Below are positions 39,961 to 52,522 of a stretch of 64,000 nucleotides of DNA, one piece after another. Under the pieces are notes generated by a model. That model saw only the letters and a program-made list of their open reading frames with translations, was not told the origin of the DNA and ran no database searches. A program made the translations under genes and the position numbers. The stretch is from Azolla caroliniana (Eukaryota; Plantae; Polypodiophyta): positions 12,276,001 through 12,340,000 of the forward strand of contig JBHGNT010000013.1 of NCBI GenBank assembly GCA_043228905.1. The letters are read 5' to 3'. Each line of letters opens with the position of its first letter. Within the stretch, counting starts at the first letter, position 1.

Positions 39961-41119
39961 AGATGTCGAGGTTTTCCTCGCGGATACGTGGAATGAGGCG
40001 GAACCTCGGGGGTCCTGTACCAAAGAGCAAGAGAGAAAGGAGAAGATGCCCACTACGGGCGAGAGTAGATTCACAGGGACACGACCCTTCGACGCAAGGA
40101 CGCGAGTGGGACAGCGACACAGGAAGACACAAACGTATGTATGTGTTAACAAACGACAAACGACACAACACAGAGTCGGTTACAACCGAACAGGCCGGCG
40201 AACAGATGCCGATACCTGTTCGTAAACGCACAGAAAGGCAGGAGCAGGCTGGAGGTGCTGCCGGAAGCACTCGGGCATTCCTCAGAGTAGCGCGAGCCTC
40301 CCGAAACCTGCACAGAAGGAAGCTATGGAGTTTGCGAACCAGAGAGAGAGAGAGAGATTCAAGCCTTCGCACGCAAACCGACAGCACTTCGTCCTCGACT
40401 CTCCGCGATCCCTCTACCCTCCTCGTCTCCCTCCTTTTATAGGCAAGGAAGGAGCCGTTTCCCCTTTACTCCCTACCTACTGAATCTACCTAGGATCTCC
40501 TATGTACAACTTAAGGCGCACGTGCATGAAGAGTCGGTTTCTACGCTCCGGTGCACGGATTCCGCTTGTGGACGGTTTTCTTCACGACACCGCGTGCTTG
40601 GTATCCGGTATCAGGTAACTAGGTCGGATAGGCCACTACAAGCCTAGTAGCCTCTCGTCCTTAGGCTTCTTGGTTTGAGACTCCCCTGGTCCCGCCTGAT
40701 CCGACTTGCAAGCCGCGGATATCCGTGACAACATGTGTTTTAAATTTAATGGTGGAAGTTATATATATTTCAAACTCTAAGGTTTTGATGTCATAAATTT
40801 TTTTAGTCTTGGAATTTTTTGAAGTTTTTAATGTCTGAATCTGAGTCAGACGCCCACCTAGGAGTTGGTCGCGATCTTGATTTGAGTCGGGTGCTTGCCC
40901 TGAGACGATCGAGCTCTTGCAATTCGAAGAGTAGGGCTCTTGGTGACAAATGCGAGCACTTAGTGACAGAGGCTATTAGCTTTTTTTTAATGGCGCGCTT
41001 TCTATGGATAAAGATCGGACGGTGCAGATTGCAAGCGCCCTCAGCTAAGCACCCTGCACCGTCCATGCCCGCGATTCCCTCTCATGCCTCTTTATGATTT
41101 GGTAGCATATAGACACGAG

Positions 41120-41230
41120 CATACATACATACATGATATACATACATACATATGTACATATATACAATACATACATTCTACACATACATACATACATATG
41201 TATTATGTATACATAGGATACATACAGAAC
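41120..41230. repeat. Degenerate (TACA)n microsatellite upstream of OM47
   Basis: ATAC/TACA-rich tract. Confidence 0.8.
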
Positions 41231-41450
41231 AGAGATGATGATCTGATGATGCAGAGCATATGTACGTACGTATATATGTACATTGATCGAGACAGAAAGA
41301 GAGAGAACAGAGATGATGATGCAGACATAGAGATGGACAGAGTGGATATGTGTATATATACGTGAAACGAGAAAAAGCTTCCATATGCCAGGATAAGAGT
41401 GGAATTGGATTGGATTGGATTCGTGTAGTTGCGAGAGAGCATCATCATCC

Positions 41451-43374
41451 ATGGGAGTTCTGTTCTCCATCCAGGCGCCTCCACCTGTTGTCCTTGTCCC
41501 CCCTGCCTTCGATGGGCCCGAGCTCCTGGCACGTTCTCGGTATACATACATATTCGCACTCATCTCATTCTTTCATGTACGTCAAACAATCATCATTGAC
41601 TTGGTTTGGTGACAACCACTGCGATGAATGAATAGTAATGATGATAATAACGAAGAAGAAGAAGAAGAAGATCATGATGAGGAAGAGAAAGAGGATTAAG
41701 TAGAAGATTATGACCGTGAAAGACGCGGATTGTTCTCAATACTTGTTCTTTTTGTTTTTTTTTGTTTTTTTGGGGGATTTTTTGCACAGTATGGTAGAGT
41801 CTTCTTACGATGTGCTATTTGGAAAAGTCGCAAGAAAGGTGCTGTTTGAAGAATACTATGCCTCGGCTCATGAGTTTATGGCATCTCTCATGTTGAGGCC
41901 ACCTGAAGATCCGAATGTTGACTTTGCTGTCAGGGTATAGAAAATATTTCTTTTCATTTTAGAGAATATGCGATGTCTCTCTACAATTTCTCTTTTTTGT
42001 TTCTAAAAATTCATATTTACGTCATAATGGTTTTTTGGTTCTCTTTTAAGGTTTCAACTGATACATTCACCGGTAAAGAACTCAAAGGTGATGCTGTATT
42101 TCGTTGGCAGAGGTGGTTGTCATGCTCTATTCTTTACATATGATTGTCTGATGCGGTATTTGATTTTGCTTGCATTTACATTAAAAAATGCATGTTTGTT
42201 TGTCATATCTCATTTACTGAACATTTTTTTATATGTTTCACACACATATAGATAGATGGTTATATACATGGCTGCATACAAATGTGTATGTGCTCATTCA
42301 TGTGTATGTGGATGATTTTGTATACATATTTTTATATGCACATTGACATGTATTTGTTTAGCATACATACTTCTGTTAAACATGCGCACACGCACATGTT
42401 TACCATTGATATATTTTTATTGTTGTACATCAATGCATACATGTTTATCCTATCTATACCTGTGCGTTGCAATAATCCTACACAGGCAGCCACACATGGA
42501 ACTGCAATGCGGTTTAATCATTTACTTGCTTTTGGTTTTCTTATGATGTGCAGAGATTTGGAAGATCCCAACACCTTTTTGGAATTGAAGATGGATACCT
42601 CAACAAAGTATAGTCATGTCCAAGATAGCTTTTGGTGAAATTCAAATATGTTTCACAAATAATGTCCAATTACATGATGCATTCTACAGAGATGTGAGAG
42701 TTCAAGCATGCACTTTCCATACTACAACTGGACTTGGGGCATTTATGACACATCCAATTCTCACAAAAAACAGGTGCTTAATAAGACTGTCAATTTTTGT
42801 TTGCTATACAGAATGTAGGTGGCATAATTAAATATTCTGGTGGATTAACTGTGGTACAGATTGGCATTCGAGAACCAGAACATCATTGGATTCCGATATG
42901 GATCACCCAACTTATCTGTTGGCACTACTATGGATTGGTTTAGTAAAGGTTATAATTCTATGATGATTCGTTAGGAGTGCTTTTGAGTTTTTACTCTGAA
43001 TTCTTTTATGATTTATCAATTGCTTGAAGTTATAATCTTCACAATTGTGCATTTATCATGGCATGAAGTATTTACCATTGTGAGCTTTAAATCTCATACA
43101 GGTCCTTCACGAGTATGGATGGTTGGAAAGATGGGGAAAGTAACTGCTGGTTGTCAATACAAGCCACATCAATGTAAGGTGTTGTTTTTTCCAGATAACT
43201 TCTTGGTTTGTTGCAAATCTAGTTCTCAAACACCTTATAATCACCTCTTGGTATGGAAATTGAAAATGTACACAAATAGAGTATGCCTATATATATATAG
43301 ATAGATAGATAGATAGATATATATATAGATAGACAGACAGATAGATAGATAGATATATATATAGACAGACAGAC

Positions 43375-43435
<61 letters not shown>

Positions 43436-46400
43436 TAGATATATATAGAGAGAGATGCATTCGTCACATTCTTGTAATCTTACTTATTTAATCAATTTGC
43501 TTTGAAAAAAAAGAGAAATTTCTAGATGTGTTATAATGGATCTTATCTCCCTTATTGCGTCCTCTCTACTTGTTGATGTCTACTTGAAGGTACACTACTT
43601 TGAATTGAAGACAGATTTTTATAAATATAGGATTGTAATTGGAAAACACTTGAATTTTATGTAGAAGAGCCGATGGAAGTCATTATTTATGTCCTAGTTC
43701 ATGGATTCAATGAACTCAAATGGCGTCATGACAGTCTCTCCCGTCTAATGAGCTTTTGTTACTCTGATGAATTTTTGTTGCCTACCCATTGTGACAACTT
43801 GTTGGGTATGAGAGAAAAAGAAGATTGTATCAATATTACTGAGGAAGGGCTTATTTGGGGAGGGGGGGGGGGGGGAGGGCTATGTAGGAAATAGAATAAG
43901 CTGAAGCACAATTATGAGGATCGACTGCACACAAAAAACAAACAGATTTAGATCAAGGCAATGTGACAGAAAAGAAAAATATATTGTTGAATGCATATGG
44001 CATTTATAGAGAGATTAATTATGAGGAGAGCAACAGATCATGTGCTCCTAAATGAGCAGATATAGATACAATCAGAGGATAAGTAATGATTCTAGGATAT
44101 TCTCTCGATGCTCTCAAATTGACTATGCTTGGCTAACCTTGGACACTTCTCCAAATCACAGGAAATTGCTAACCCAATGGTTAACCTGTCTACCTACTGT
44201 TAATGCACCTGGTATTCCGTATATGCACATGTGAGGTGGTTGGCACTAGTCCACATCCAACATTCCACATGGAGTTCTTTTTTCCAATTACGTCATCCAA
44301 TTCAATTCGGAATTCACATCTTCTTTTATATAGCTATCTTCCGCATTGTTGGTTGCCCTAGACTCCTGCATCATCCGCTGCACACTTCATCTGCTGCAAA
44401 CTCCTGCATCATTCGTCAATTTGAATTAATTTGACTGTCCTTTTCTTCAGTTTCCAGCTGATATTCTCTGATCCAAATAATCCACAGCATTTTCTTAATC
44501 TTTTCAGATCCCAGGGCCTTTTAAAGAGATTCCTTGATTATCCTTGGTTGGAAAATAATCCAACTTCATGTTCTCATCCGAAATGATGAAGTGGTATTGG
44601 GATTCTTAGTGGAACATGGGATTCTTAGTGATAATGATGGGATTCTTAGTGATAATGATGCAACTCTGGCTGTTACATCCTATTTGCATCAGCTTTCCCC
44701 TGACATTCTTATTTCTGCTGGGAGCCTTCTTATCAATATTGCTTCACGTCATGCCACCTTATACTAAGCTTACACTGAGGAAAGTGAGATGCTTGGTTGC
44801 TTCAAACTCAGCTAAAACAAAATCCTGAGGTTCTGTCTACTGCATCTGCAGTCCAGTTGGAGTTGCAATATCGCGCTAGCGTCATCCCTTGCCTAAGTTT
44901 GATGCCATACCTGATCATACCTTTCAAGGAAGTAAGTATATGCATCCTAGCTTGCCAATGACTTGCATTCGGAATTTGTTGTGAACTTTGTTAGCACTCC
45001 CACCGAACAGGCTATGTCTGGTCTTGTGTTGCATGAATATGGGTGACTCACTGAGTCTGATATTTGTCTGCTCTCTTCAATCTTCTGCCTCCATTCTTGA
45101 ATAACTTCAAATTTACTTCTGTCCGCATCCTTGCTCTTTGCCTGTTTTCCATGCTGAAGACTTTCAAAATTAGGTGGGTCTGCGCTAGAAATATTCCTCT
45201 GTTTCTTTGATACACTTCTAGCCCTAGACAGAAATGTTGTAGACCTAGTCAACTATCCATTAAGGTTGATGTGGATTAACTTTAGAGGAGACTTCACTTT
45301 CTCAGCCTTCTATAGGAAAGATTCCCGTCTTTGCTTTCCTTGCATGCGAACTCCACTCTTCCCTGGGACTTCAGTCTGTTTGCAAGTTTTCCACTAGCTT
45401 GTTTGTTTGCATTTTTTGCAATGTTGAGAGCTCGAGTGCCTGAAGTGCCGATGCTATAGCTTTGTATTCAATACGCTTTTGCACTCTTTTGCAACTAGTG
45501 TGGTCAGCTTAAACAGGTTGCCTCTACACTCTGTGGATCCCACTATTGTTTTGTTTGCTCCTGTAGATCTCCACATCTGACTCACAGAAGGCCACCATTG
45601 CCTGCATTCACTAACCTAGCCATTGAACGTTGTCGCGGATTTCCGCGAGTATGTATCGAAACGGGGCGGGATCACCGGGGTCTCGAACTAAGGAGCTGAT
45701 AAGAGAAGCGAGAGAGAGATTATCCAGATCGTTTCCGGATAACTTCACCGGAGCGCGGCACAGACATGTATCCGATCTGGACCATTCTCCGGATGCCAGA
45801 TGATAAGCACACAGGCTCGGACGTGCACACTGTTCCGGAACTGCTGCCGGATAACAAACAATGAGCCCATGGGCTAGCACAGTCGGGTATGCACACACAG
45901 ATGAGAGGGAGCGAAGACGAGAATGCAGGCAGAAATCGATTCCGAAAGAAACAAAATAGTCGAATAACTTATAATAGGAGAAGTACAACTGGGCTCGGCC
46001 GGCAACAGAGCTTCGAGCTCTACATACACACACACACAGAATCTAATGAGCCTCTGATCGGGAGCACTCGGGCTTCCAGCGCGAAACAGAGGCCTCACAG
46101 CACGACAAGAAGCAACCTAGGAACATGAAATGAGCAGACCGCCCTGAAATCTGGCAGCACTTCGTTCTCCCAAACGTGATCCGTTCTAACGGTTTTCCCC
46201 TCCCCTTTTATAGGTCCAAGGAGAGAGGATCAATGTTACATGAGCAGTTAAGGACAGCCGATTCTTTCAGTGATCCCCCCCCCCCCCCCCCCCCCTCGTG
46301 TTCTTCCTTACACACGCTTATTCCTCTCATTTTGTGGGACATTAAAGTACCCATCTAAATCACACTGCCTAGTACTTATTAGTGCCATGTTATTTACAAT

Positions 46401-49400
46401 GTTTATGTACTGGAAGCTTAGTTCATGTGCATCCTTGCACACCCCCGTTCCCCTTATGGCCGGAAATCTCCACAACAACGTAATTAGCAAAGTCTTTTAA
46501 AAAGGCACATCCATTCAAGGGGCCTAGGAAGAGGTATAAATATGAGGCATAACTACCCTCGTAAGACGCATCATGAGGAAGGTTGCCGTCTTAAGACACC
46601 GGTGGTGCGAGCTAGGCTTTTGTCACTTCGATCGTGTTATCTCTTCCAAGGTATTAGTCATCCTAAAATCCGTCGGTATGGGACGTCAATGGTAGGTTGG
46701 CTATGGCTTGATCATAGCTCAGGGGTGTTCGGGTGGAAGGGGTGCTTCTATGAAATCTATTTACCTTTATTTTACTTTAATCGGTTTATTGTTTAGTAAT
46801 AGACTCTTAACATCCTCCTCAGCCATATTCATGGAAGCCTTGTTGACTGACCTTGAGCTAGAGATTTTGAACTCTTGTCTCTTGATGCTACAATCTTTTG
46901 CCATAGGTCTCCCCTACTACAGGTGTGGCACTTTTCCAATAAAGCCTTCTTGCTCGAGTTTCTGCGTATCATACCGCATTGTGGCAGTGAACGTGGAACC
47001 CTCTTTTTCTCTGAAGTCCTATCCACATCTCTTCCTCCAGCAGTAATGTGGAGCGCTCTTTAGAGTGTGGGGAGTTCTTTCTTGAAGATGGTCATCATTG
47101 TTTGGCTGGCAATGCATGGATGGATACTCTTCCATGCAAGCTTGACTTATGTCTTCACCACCACGACAACTGATGTTCCATGATGTAGATCCTGGTCTCA
47201 CTTGTTCTTTGTTTCATAATGGTCCTGAAGAACTATCCAAGCATTCAGCATCTCGTACTTTCATCTCGTAATGTGGATTTGTTGTTCCCAATGGTGCGAA
47301 ATCAGCACCTAGTATGATGTCTAGTAGCTCGTATGTATCCAATGTAGCAGTCATTTTGAACTTGCACAACATGTAGCTCAACCTGTCAAGTTGCCTCCAA
47401 ATATTGTTGGCGATTGTGGCTTCATGCTGCTAAGAACTATGCTGCTAATTCTACTTCCTGCCATCTGCTAGACTGACTGAGCTACTCTCTAATCGAGAAT
47501 AATCACCTGAGCTCACTAGTACAAAACAGTCACTTCTAGATTTAATCAAATATTGGGTGTAGGACCTCAAAGCTCTGATATAATGTAGGAAATAGAATAA
47601 GCTCAAACACGATTAAGAGGATCAAGTATACACTAACAATGAACAGATTTAGATCAAGACAGAGTTAATGAAAACAAAATTTTATTATTGAATGCGCAAG
47701 GCATGATTATAAGGAGATTTGTTAAAATGGAGAGCAATAGCTCATATGCTTCTAAGTGAGTAGATTCAAATACAACTTACAGAGCAAGGAAGTATTAAAA
47801 GTTATTCTCTCAATCCTCTCAACTAGACAATGCTCAGCTAACCTTCAACTATTCTCGATAGGAGGTTGTTAGTCCATCTAGATATTTTTCAATGCAACTG
47901 TATTCTGTTGTTTGCATGGGTGAGGTGGTTGGTGGTTGTCACATCCAACGGTCTATCCCTTCCCTCCCCTCCCCTCCTCCAAAAAAAAACTAACTAATAA
48001 ATAAATAAGGAACAAAAATTAATTGTTTCAATGTAGCTCACTTCAATGTGTTTGCAGCTGCAAGGAATTCCTGGAAGGAATATCCACTAGATGCATTCAG
48101 TAATGCTGGAAACTGGAGTTTTGCAGTGGATTATGGAACAGGAAAAAGAAGTATGCTAACACCTAATTTCAATTTCTGTCTGGAACTTCAGGAAAATACA
48201 AAGGTATACTTCTATTCTCATTTGGTGTTGCTATTGTTTGCATTGCCAAGTGGGTCAATGCTGGTCTTTGGTTTACAGGTGATAGCATCATATTATCATC
48301 ACTTAATAGTACAAAGACAGGTTTGTTTCTAGTATGATACGAGAGACTATTATTATATTGTATATAATGTCCTTTGCGTAATTGTAGTTTCAAGGACTAA
48401 TTATGATGTACCACTCTATAGGTTAGGAACCCATTTGCAGGATCTGAAGTTGTGGCTATTACTAACTATATAGATGTGGGTTTTGAATTTCACCAAAGGT
48501 ATGTCCAAATTCGTTCCAAGTGTGCTCATGTCCGTAATCTTTAGGATTTGAATAATTCTTTCTCCATGATTCATTCCTGAGGACAGCATTGAAAATTACT
48601 CAAGAAAATCAAACTTTTCGACTATGCAAATCGGGGCATCTTGGCAAGCCAACAAGAACATTTTCTTAAAGGTTTTACTCTCTAGTATCACATGATGTAA
48701 CATTTTAAGTCTGGAAGTGTCTAGCTCTAACTTTTTATTTGTAGGCAAAGCTAGGGGTGCTGAACTCTGGAGCAGCTCTGATGCTGAAGTCATGGTGGCA
48801 TCCCAGTTTTACCTTCTCTTGTTCATGTAAACACTTACACGCTCCCTTTTTGTCATAATAGGAATTTATGCTAGTGGTAAGCCTAGTTTTTACTATCCCA
48901 TGCCATTCTAGAGGCCATTTAGAATGTAGGGGTTAAACCATGACATCTGGTTCTGCTGAACAACCTTATGAGCTACAACTGTGGGGGCTCTCTCTATTTT
49001 TGAGGAAAACAATGGTTCTATTATTGTAAAAATATCGTACACATCATCCACAGGTCATGCATAATGTGCTTGGCTCAATACAGAGTAGATATCTTTTTAA
49101 TATCCATGGGAGATTGATGGCGATCTATGGGATGGTGTTGATATGGGTGGGGTACATAATGAAGAAGTGATTAGCTTGTTAAAAGTGGCAACATAAGTGG
49201 TATTTAGTGACAATACAACATTCAAGCAAAGCTGACTTTTAAGAAACTCTAGAAACGGATGTTTATGTTTTTTCTCTCTTGATTAACATGTTTATCTTTT
49301 CCTCCCCTTGCAATGAGACAGGTGTAAGAGATCATGACCTAGGGCAGACAAATATTGGGTTTGGAGTTCGGGTAGAGAATTTGGGTGATGCCAGGTGTGA

Positions 49401-49664
49401 TGTCTTATCTATGTTTCAAGTTCTTTGTGATGAGTGCTGGTAAATTTTCAAGAGAACTGAGTTTTTCTGACCATATGTTCATATATCTATGGTAGGTATG
49501 AAAGGGCAGATCCTAACTATGTCATGATCACTCCAACCCAGAAACATCTTGCCGAAGGACTTTTAAAGGATCCGAAGGCCTATCCAATGCTTAACACAGA
49601 CATTACGTCTGAAAATGAAGCGGCAATTCCCCTAGAATTCCGAACGAGAAGCAAAATCCTGTGA
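41451..49664 (+). CDS. OM47: OM47-like plant mitochondrial outer-membrane beta-barrel protein. 14 exons approx 41451-41539, 41790-41934, 42051-42112, 42554-42607, 42690-42773, 42860-42948, 43102-43173, 48058-48203, 48279-48320, 48422-48498, 48587-48671, 48745-48826, 49322-49394, 49496-49664
   Basis: [12 protein letters not shown]...[59 protein letters not shown] and [10 protein letters not shown] match my recollection of the At3g27930 family; all introns GT-AG and frame-preserving. Confidence 0.85.
43288..43455. repeat. (ATAG)n/(ACAG)n/(AT)n compound microsatellite in OM47 intron 7
   Basis: Seen directly. Confidence 0.95.
43883..47950 (-). mobile_element. Old, internally deleted Copia element in OM47 intron 7. 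LTRs 43883-44262 and 47584-47950
   Basis: Both LTRs start TGTAGGAAATAGAATAAGCT and end CACATCCAAC(A/G); TSD GGCTA/GTCTA; decayed iMet PBS TATCAGAGC; RT remnant [13 protein letters not shown]. Confidence 0.8.
45631..46477 (-). mobile_element. Solo LTR of the TGTCG Gypsy lineage nested in the intronic Copia, TSD ACGT
   Basis: ACGT|TGTCGCGG...CTCCACAACA|ACGT; minus-strand start TGTTGTGGAGA resembles TGTCGTGAAGA. Confidence 0.85.
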
Positions 49665-50059
49665 AACTAGGAGAGGATTCATTGGTTACATTCAACTTTT
49701 TTGATAAGTTACAGCAAAAATATAGATTCATTTATGTTCCTATAAGATCTAGGGGTTGGCTTTATGCACTCGAGTTAAACATACCTTGGCATTTGATCAA
49801 TCTTGTTTTGTTTTCATCTTTTGCGTACAAGTCAAAATTAGTAATCTTAGCACTTGTGTTTAAAGCATCCTTGACATTGTTGTAAATGAATATTTTCAAT
49901 ATTATGGTCAATGGGTTTTATGCTATAAATTTGGTGTATGTATCTAGGAGGTATTCCTATGACCACTTGTGTTTAACTGGTCGAAGTTGTTTCACCTTAC
50001 AGAGGTCATATTTGGGGTAATTGCATTGCCTACCAGCTTGTACATGAGACAATTAGAGG

Positions 50060-50960
50060 TTGTTAGGTTTCCTCAACCTTAATATGTTGGGATTCAATAA
50101 TAAATTCTCCTAATATTATCCTTACAAATGACTCGAAGAGGATTTTTGGTTGGCCGTTTTGGATGCCTCCATAAATGCCTTTCATGTAAAAAAAACTTGA
50201 ATGGGTTGGATTCTTGACCTTCATATGTGTCTTTGAACATTATGCTTACATTAAACTTATCTTGAGGCTTAATGGATACTTGATGAGCAACTTGATGGCT
50301 TGTAGTTGTCCAATTCTTATCTTTAGTTTGCATCACCTTTTCATTTATGCACCTTGCTCTTGACAACATATTTGCAACTAGGTTTTATTTGCCATTTATA
50401 TGCCATAATTTTGGGTTCACGGTTTTGATGTACATAATCCACCGAAGCATTGCAATACCATGTATCTTGCAACTTGCTATCATTCTGATGAGTGGTTTCA
50501 ACCACTACATTTGCTCCAATCAAGTAATCTCTATATGTTTTTAATGCAGTAAGGAAACCCCACAATTCTCATTTAACTTGTGCATAATTTCTTTGTTTTT
50601 CATTCAATATATTTGCTCCAAACCAGATAGCATATCGATGTTGCTCTTCATCTTATTGGTTTATAACCCAACCGATCCCAATCGGGCTAGTATCAACTAT
50701 CACTATAATTGGTCTTTCACCTTTGTAGTCTGGTTGATGGAGATCTAGAGCTTTCAATAATGCTTCTTTCAACTGTTGAACAACTTATGTATGTTCATCA
50801 ATCCAAACAAACTTCTTCCCTTTTCTTAAAAGTTGGTACAGAGGATCTGAGACATGTGCAAAGTGTAGTAACCAAATATGATAAAACACCCATGCACCTA
50901 AAAATCTTCCCACCTTTGTTACCGATTCACAAACCTCCTTCACATTTTGTATTGCGTTAA
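50060..50960 (-). pseudogene. Degenerate RNase H/linker remnant of the same Gypsy lineage
   Basis: VDTSPIGIGWV..., ELWGFLTALKTYRDYLIGANVVVET and HLWRHPKR, homologous to elements 1-3. Confidence 0.8.
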
Positions 50961-51631
50961 TTTTGATCAGTGAAGGCTTTCAAGAGAACAACACAGAATA
51001 TTGCTCGGCCACAACCGAGTAATGAATCACTTCAATGAGAATGAAACACAAAAATGGGAAGTAGAGAGTACACAGAATGTTTACGTGGAAAACCCTAATG
51101 GAGAAAAACCACGGGAGCCCACAAACTCCAAACTATCACTATATGAGAAGGGTACAATCAGAGACTCGGAGGCAACGACCTTGAGCTTTGTATCTTCACC
51201 AACTAGTGGTTACAACAGAGTATCACTTTGTATCTCCTCTCTCGCTATACAACGATTATACACACACAACAATATGACCACGTACACTCCCTCAACAAAG
51301 TGATTGCCCTAAGTCATATTTATACTTATATGAACTTAGGGCTATTTACAAATATAGCCTCAATAGGCTTACTCAAAACATATTTACAAGTATGTCTTCT
51401 CTTTCGGTTCTCACCGGATCCATCCGATCTGGTTTCCGGATCTCTTTCGGTTCTCACCGGGTCCTCTCCATTCATAACCAGATCCCATCCAAAGGGACCG
51501 ATTTCCCAACAATCTCCCCCTTCACTCTAGAATGGGATGTCTCACCAGCCCCATCCGTTTTCGACACGCTGTCGTGAAGAATGTGCTTCACGATATAAAA
51601 ATGAGCTTAAATGTTATATTTAATAATATTT

Positions 51632-51825
51632 GAGAGACTTGAACCCACATCCTTATATACGATGTACAATGTACATACCACTAGGCTAGGCTATTTATTT
51701 GTAAAAGTGTGTAATAAATGTGCTTCATGATATAAGAATGAAGCTATATATTGTATTAAGTAAAATTGAGGGACTTGAACCCTCAACCTTGTATACCAAG
51801 CACCAAGCATACACCACTAAGCTAG
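51632..51825 (-). other. Two tandem antisense tRNA-like A/B-box modules in U3 of the element 2 LTR (copies near 55871-56064)
   Basis: TAGCCTAGTGG...GTGGGTTCAAGTCTCTC and TAGCTTAGTGG...GAGGGTTCAAGTCCCTC (perfect T-arm in the second). Confidence 0.7.
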
Positions 51826-52063
51826 GTTAGTTATTTTAGAATGCATTTTCATCATTATACTTATCCCATATCTATTTTCATACATAGCCATCATTCATCA
51901 CATGCAATGCATGTGCGCCAAATGGCGATCATGCATTACATGTAACTCATGCATGCCATGCTCCCATACATTACCATATGCATGGCAACACTTATATAAA
52001 GGGGGGGAAGGGAAAACAAGGGAGGGAATCAAGAGAGAGTGAGAAAATAATACAATTAACTAA

Positions 52064-52135
52064 AGAAGACTAGCTCGTTGGGTGGAGAACCTCTCGTTTC
52101 GAAGTTGAGGTCGTGGGTTCAAATCAAGGGTCGGT
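52064..52135 (+). other. Sense tRNA-like module downstream of the TATA box in the element 2 LTR (copy near 56303-56374)
   Basis: TAGCTCGTTGG...TTTCGAA loop...GAGGTCGTGGGTTCAAATC. Confidence 0.6.
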
Positions 52136-52522
52136 AGAGAATGTGTTCAATTTGCGATCAAGGATTGTAAAGTTGGTAAAATATTGTCTTTCTAATATAC
52201 ATCATGTTTATATCAAATACTCTTGCTTCTTGATTCATACTTTGTCTCAATCTTCCTTATTAAATCATATTTTGTCTCTATCTTGCTTCTTGAATCATAT
52301 ATTGTCTCTATCTTCTATCTATTCTCATCTCTCTCACACACACACATTACTCGTAACTCTTCTTCTTGCTACTCTTAACCTTTCTAACATCACCATACAA
52401 GCCTTATTAAAATTTAAGTTCCTTCAACTCCCCTTAACCTTCGTCCCTGCGACTTCGCCGCACGAACCACAACTACCCCGACACATTTGGTGAACCCGAC
52501 GTGAAGGCGGCGACGAGGAGAA

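Larger units (their letters stand above)
33692..40589 (-). mobile_element. Element 1: full-length young Ty3/Gypsy retrotransposon. LTRs 33692-34313 and 39964-40589, TSD CCGC
   Basis: LTRs of 622/626 bp differ by about 6 substitutions and a 4-bp indel; TGTCG/CGACA ends; CCGC at 33688-33691 and 40590-40593; open gag-PR and pol ORFs. Confidence 0.97.
32271..40730 (+). mobile_element. LTR of the TGTCG lineage (approx 32271-33691 plus 40590-40730) split by element 1; left end tentative
   Basis: Starts TGTCGTGATG and ends GCGGATATCCGTGACA, similar to the end GCGGAAATCCGCGACA of solo LTR 45631-46477; 33347-33430 is homologous to the reverse complement of ~46000-46096. Confidence 0.55.

Noticed and set aside
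33477-40442. Long antisense or overlapping ORFs (33682-34653, 38953-39765, 39681-40442) as extra or env-like genes
   Set aside because: Shadow ORFs of GC-rich LTR/gag-pol sequence; not conserved in elements 2 or 3.
41045-41631. Several overlapping Y/M/I-rich ORFs upstream of OM47
   Set aside because: Microsatellite translations; only 41451-41539 is a supported exon.
51632-52135. Functional tRNA genes in the LTR
   Set aside because: Acceptor stems are not formed and D/T arms are partly broken; reported only as tRNA-like modules.
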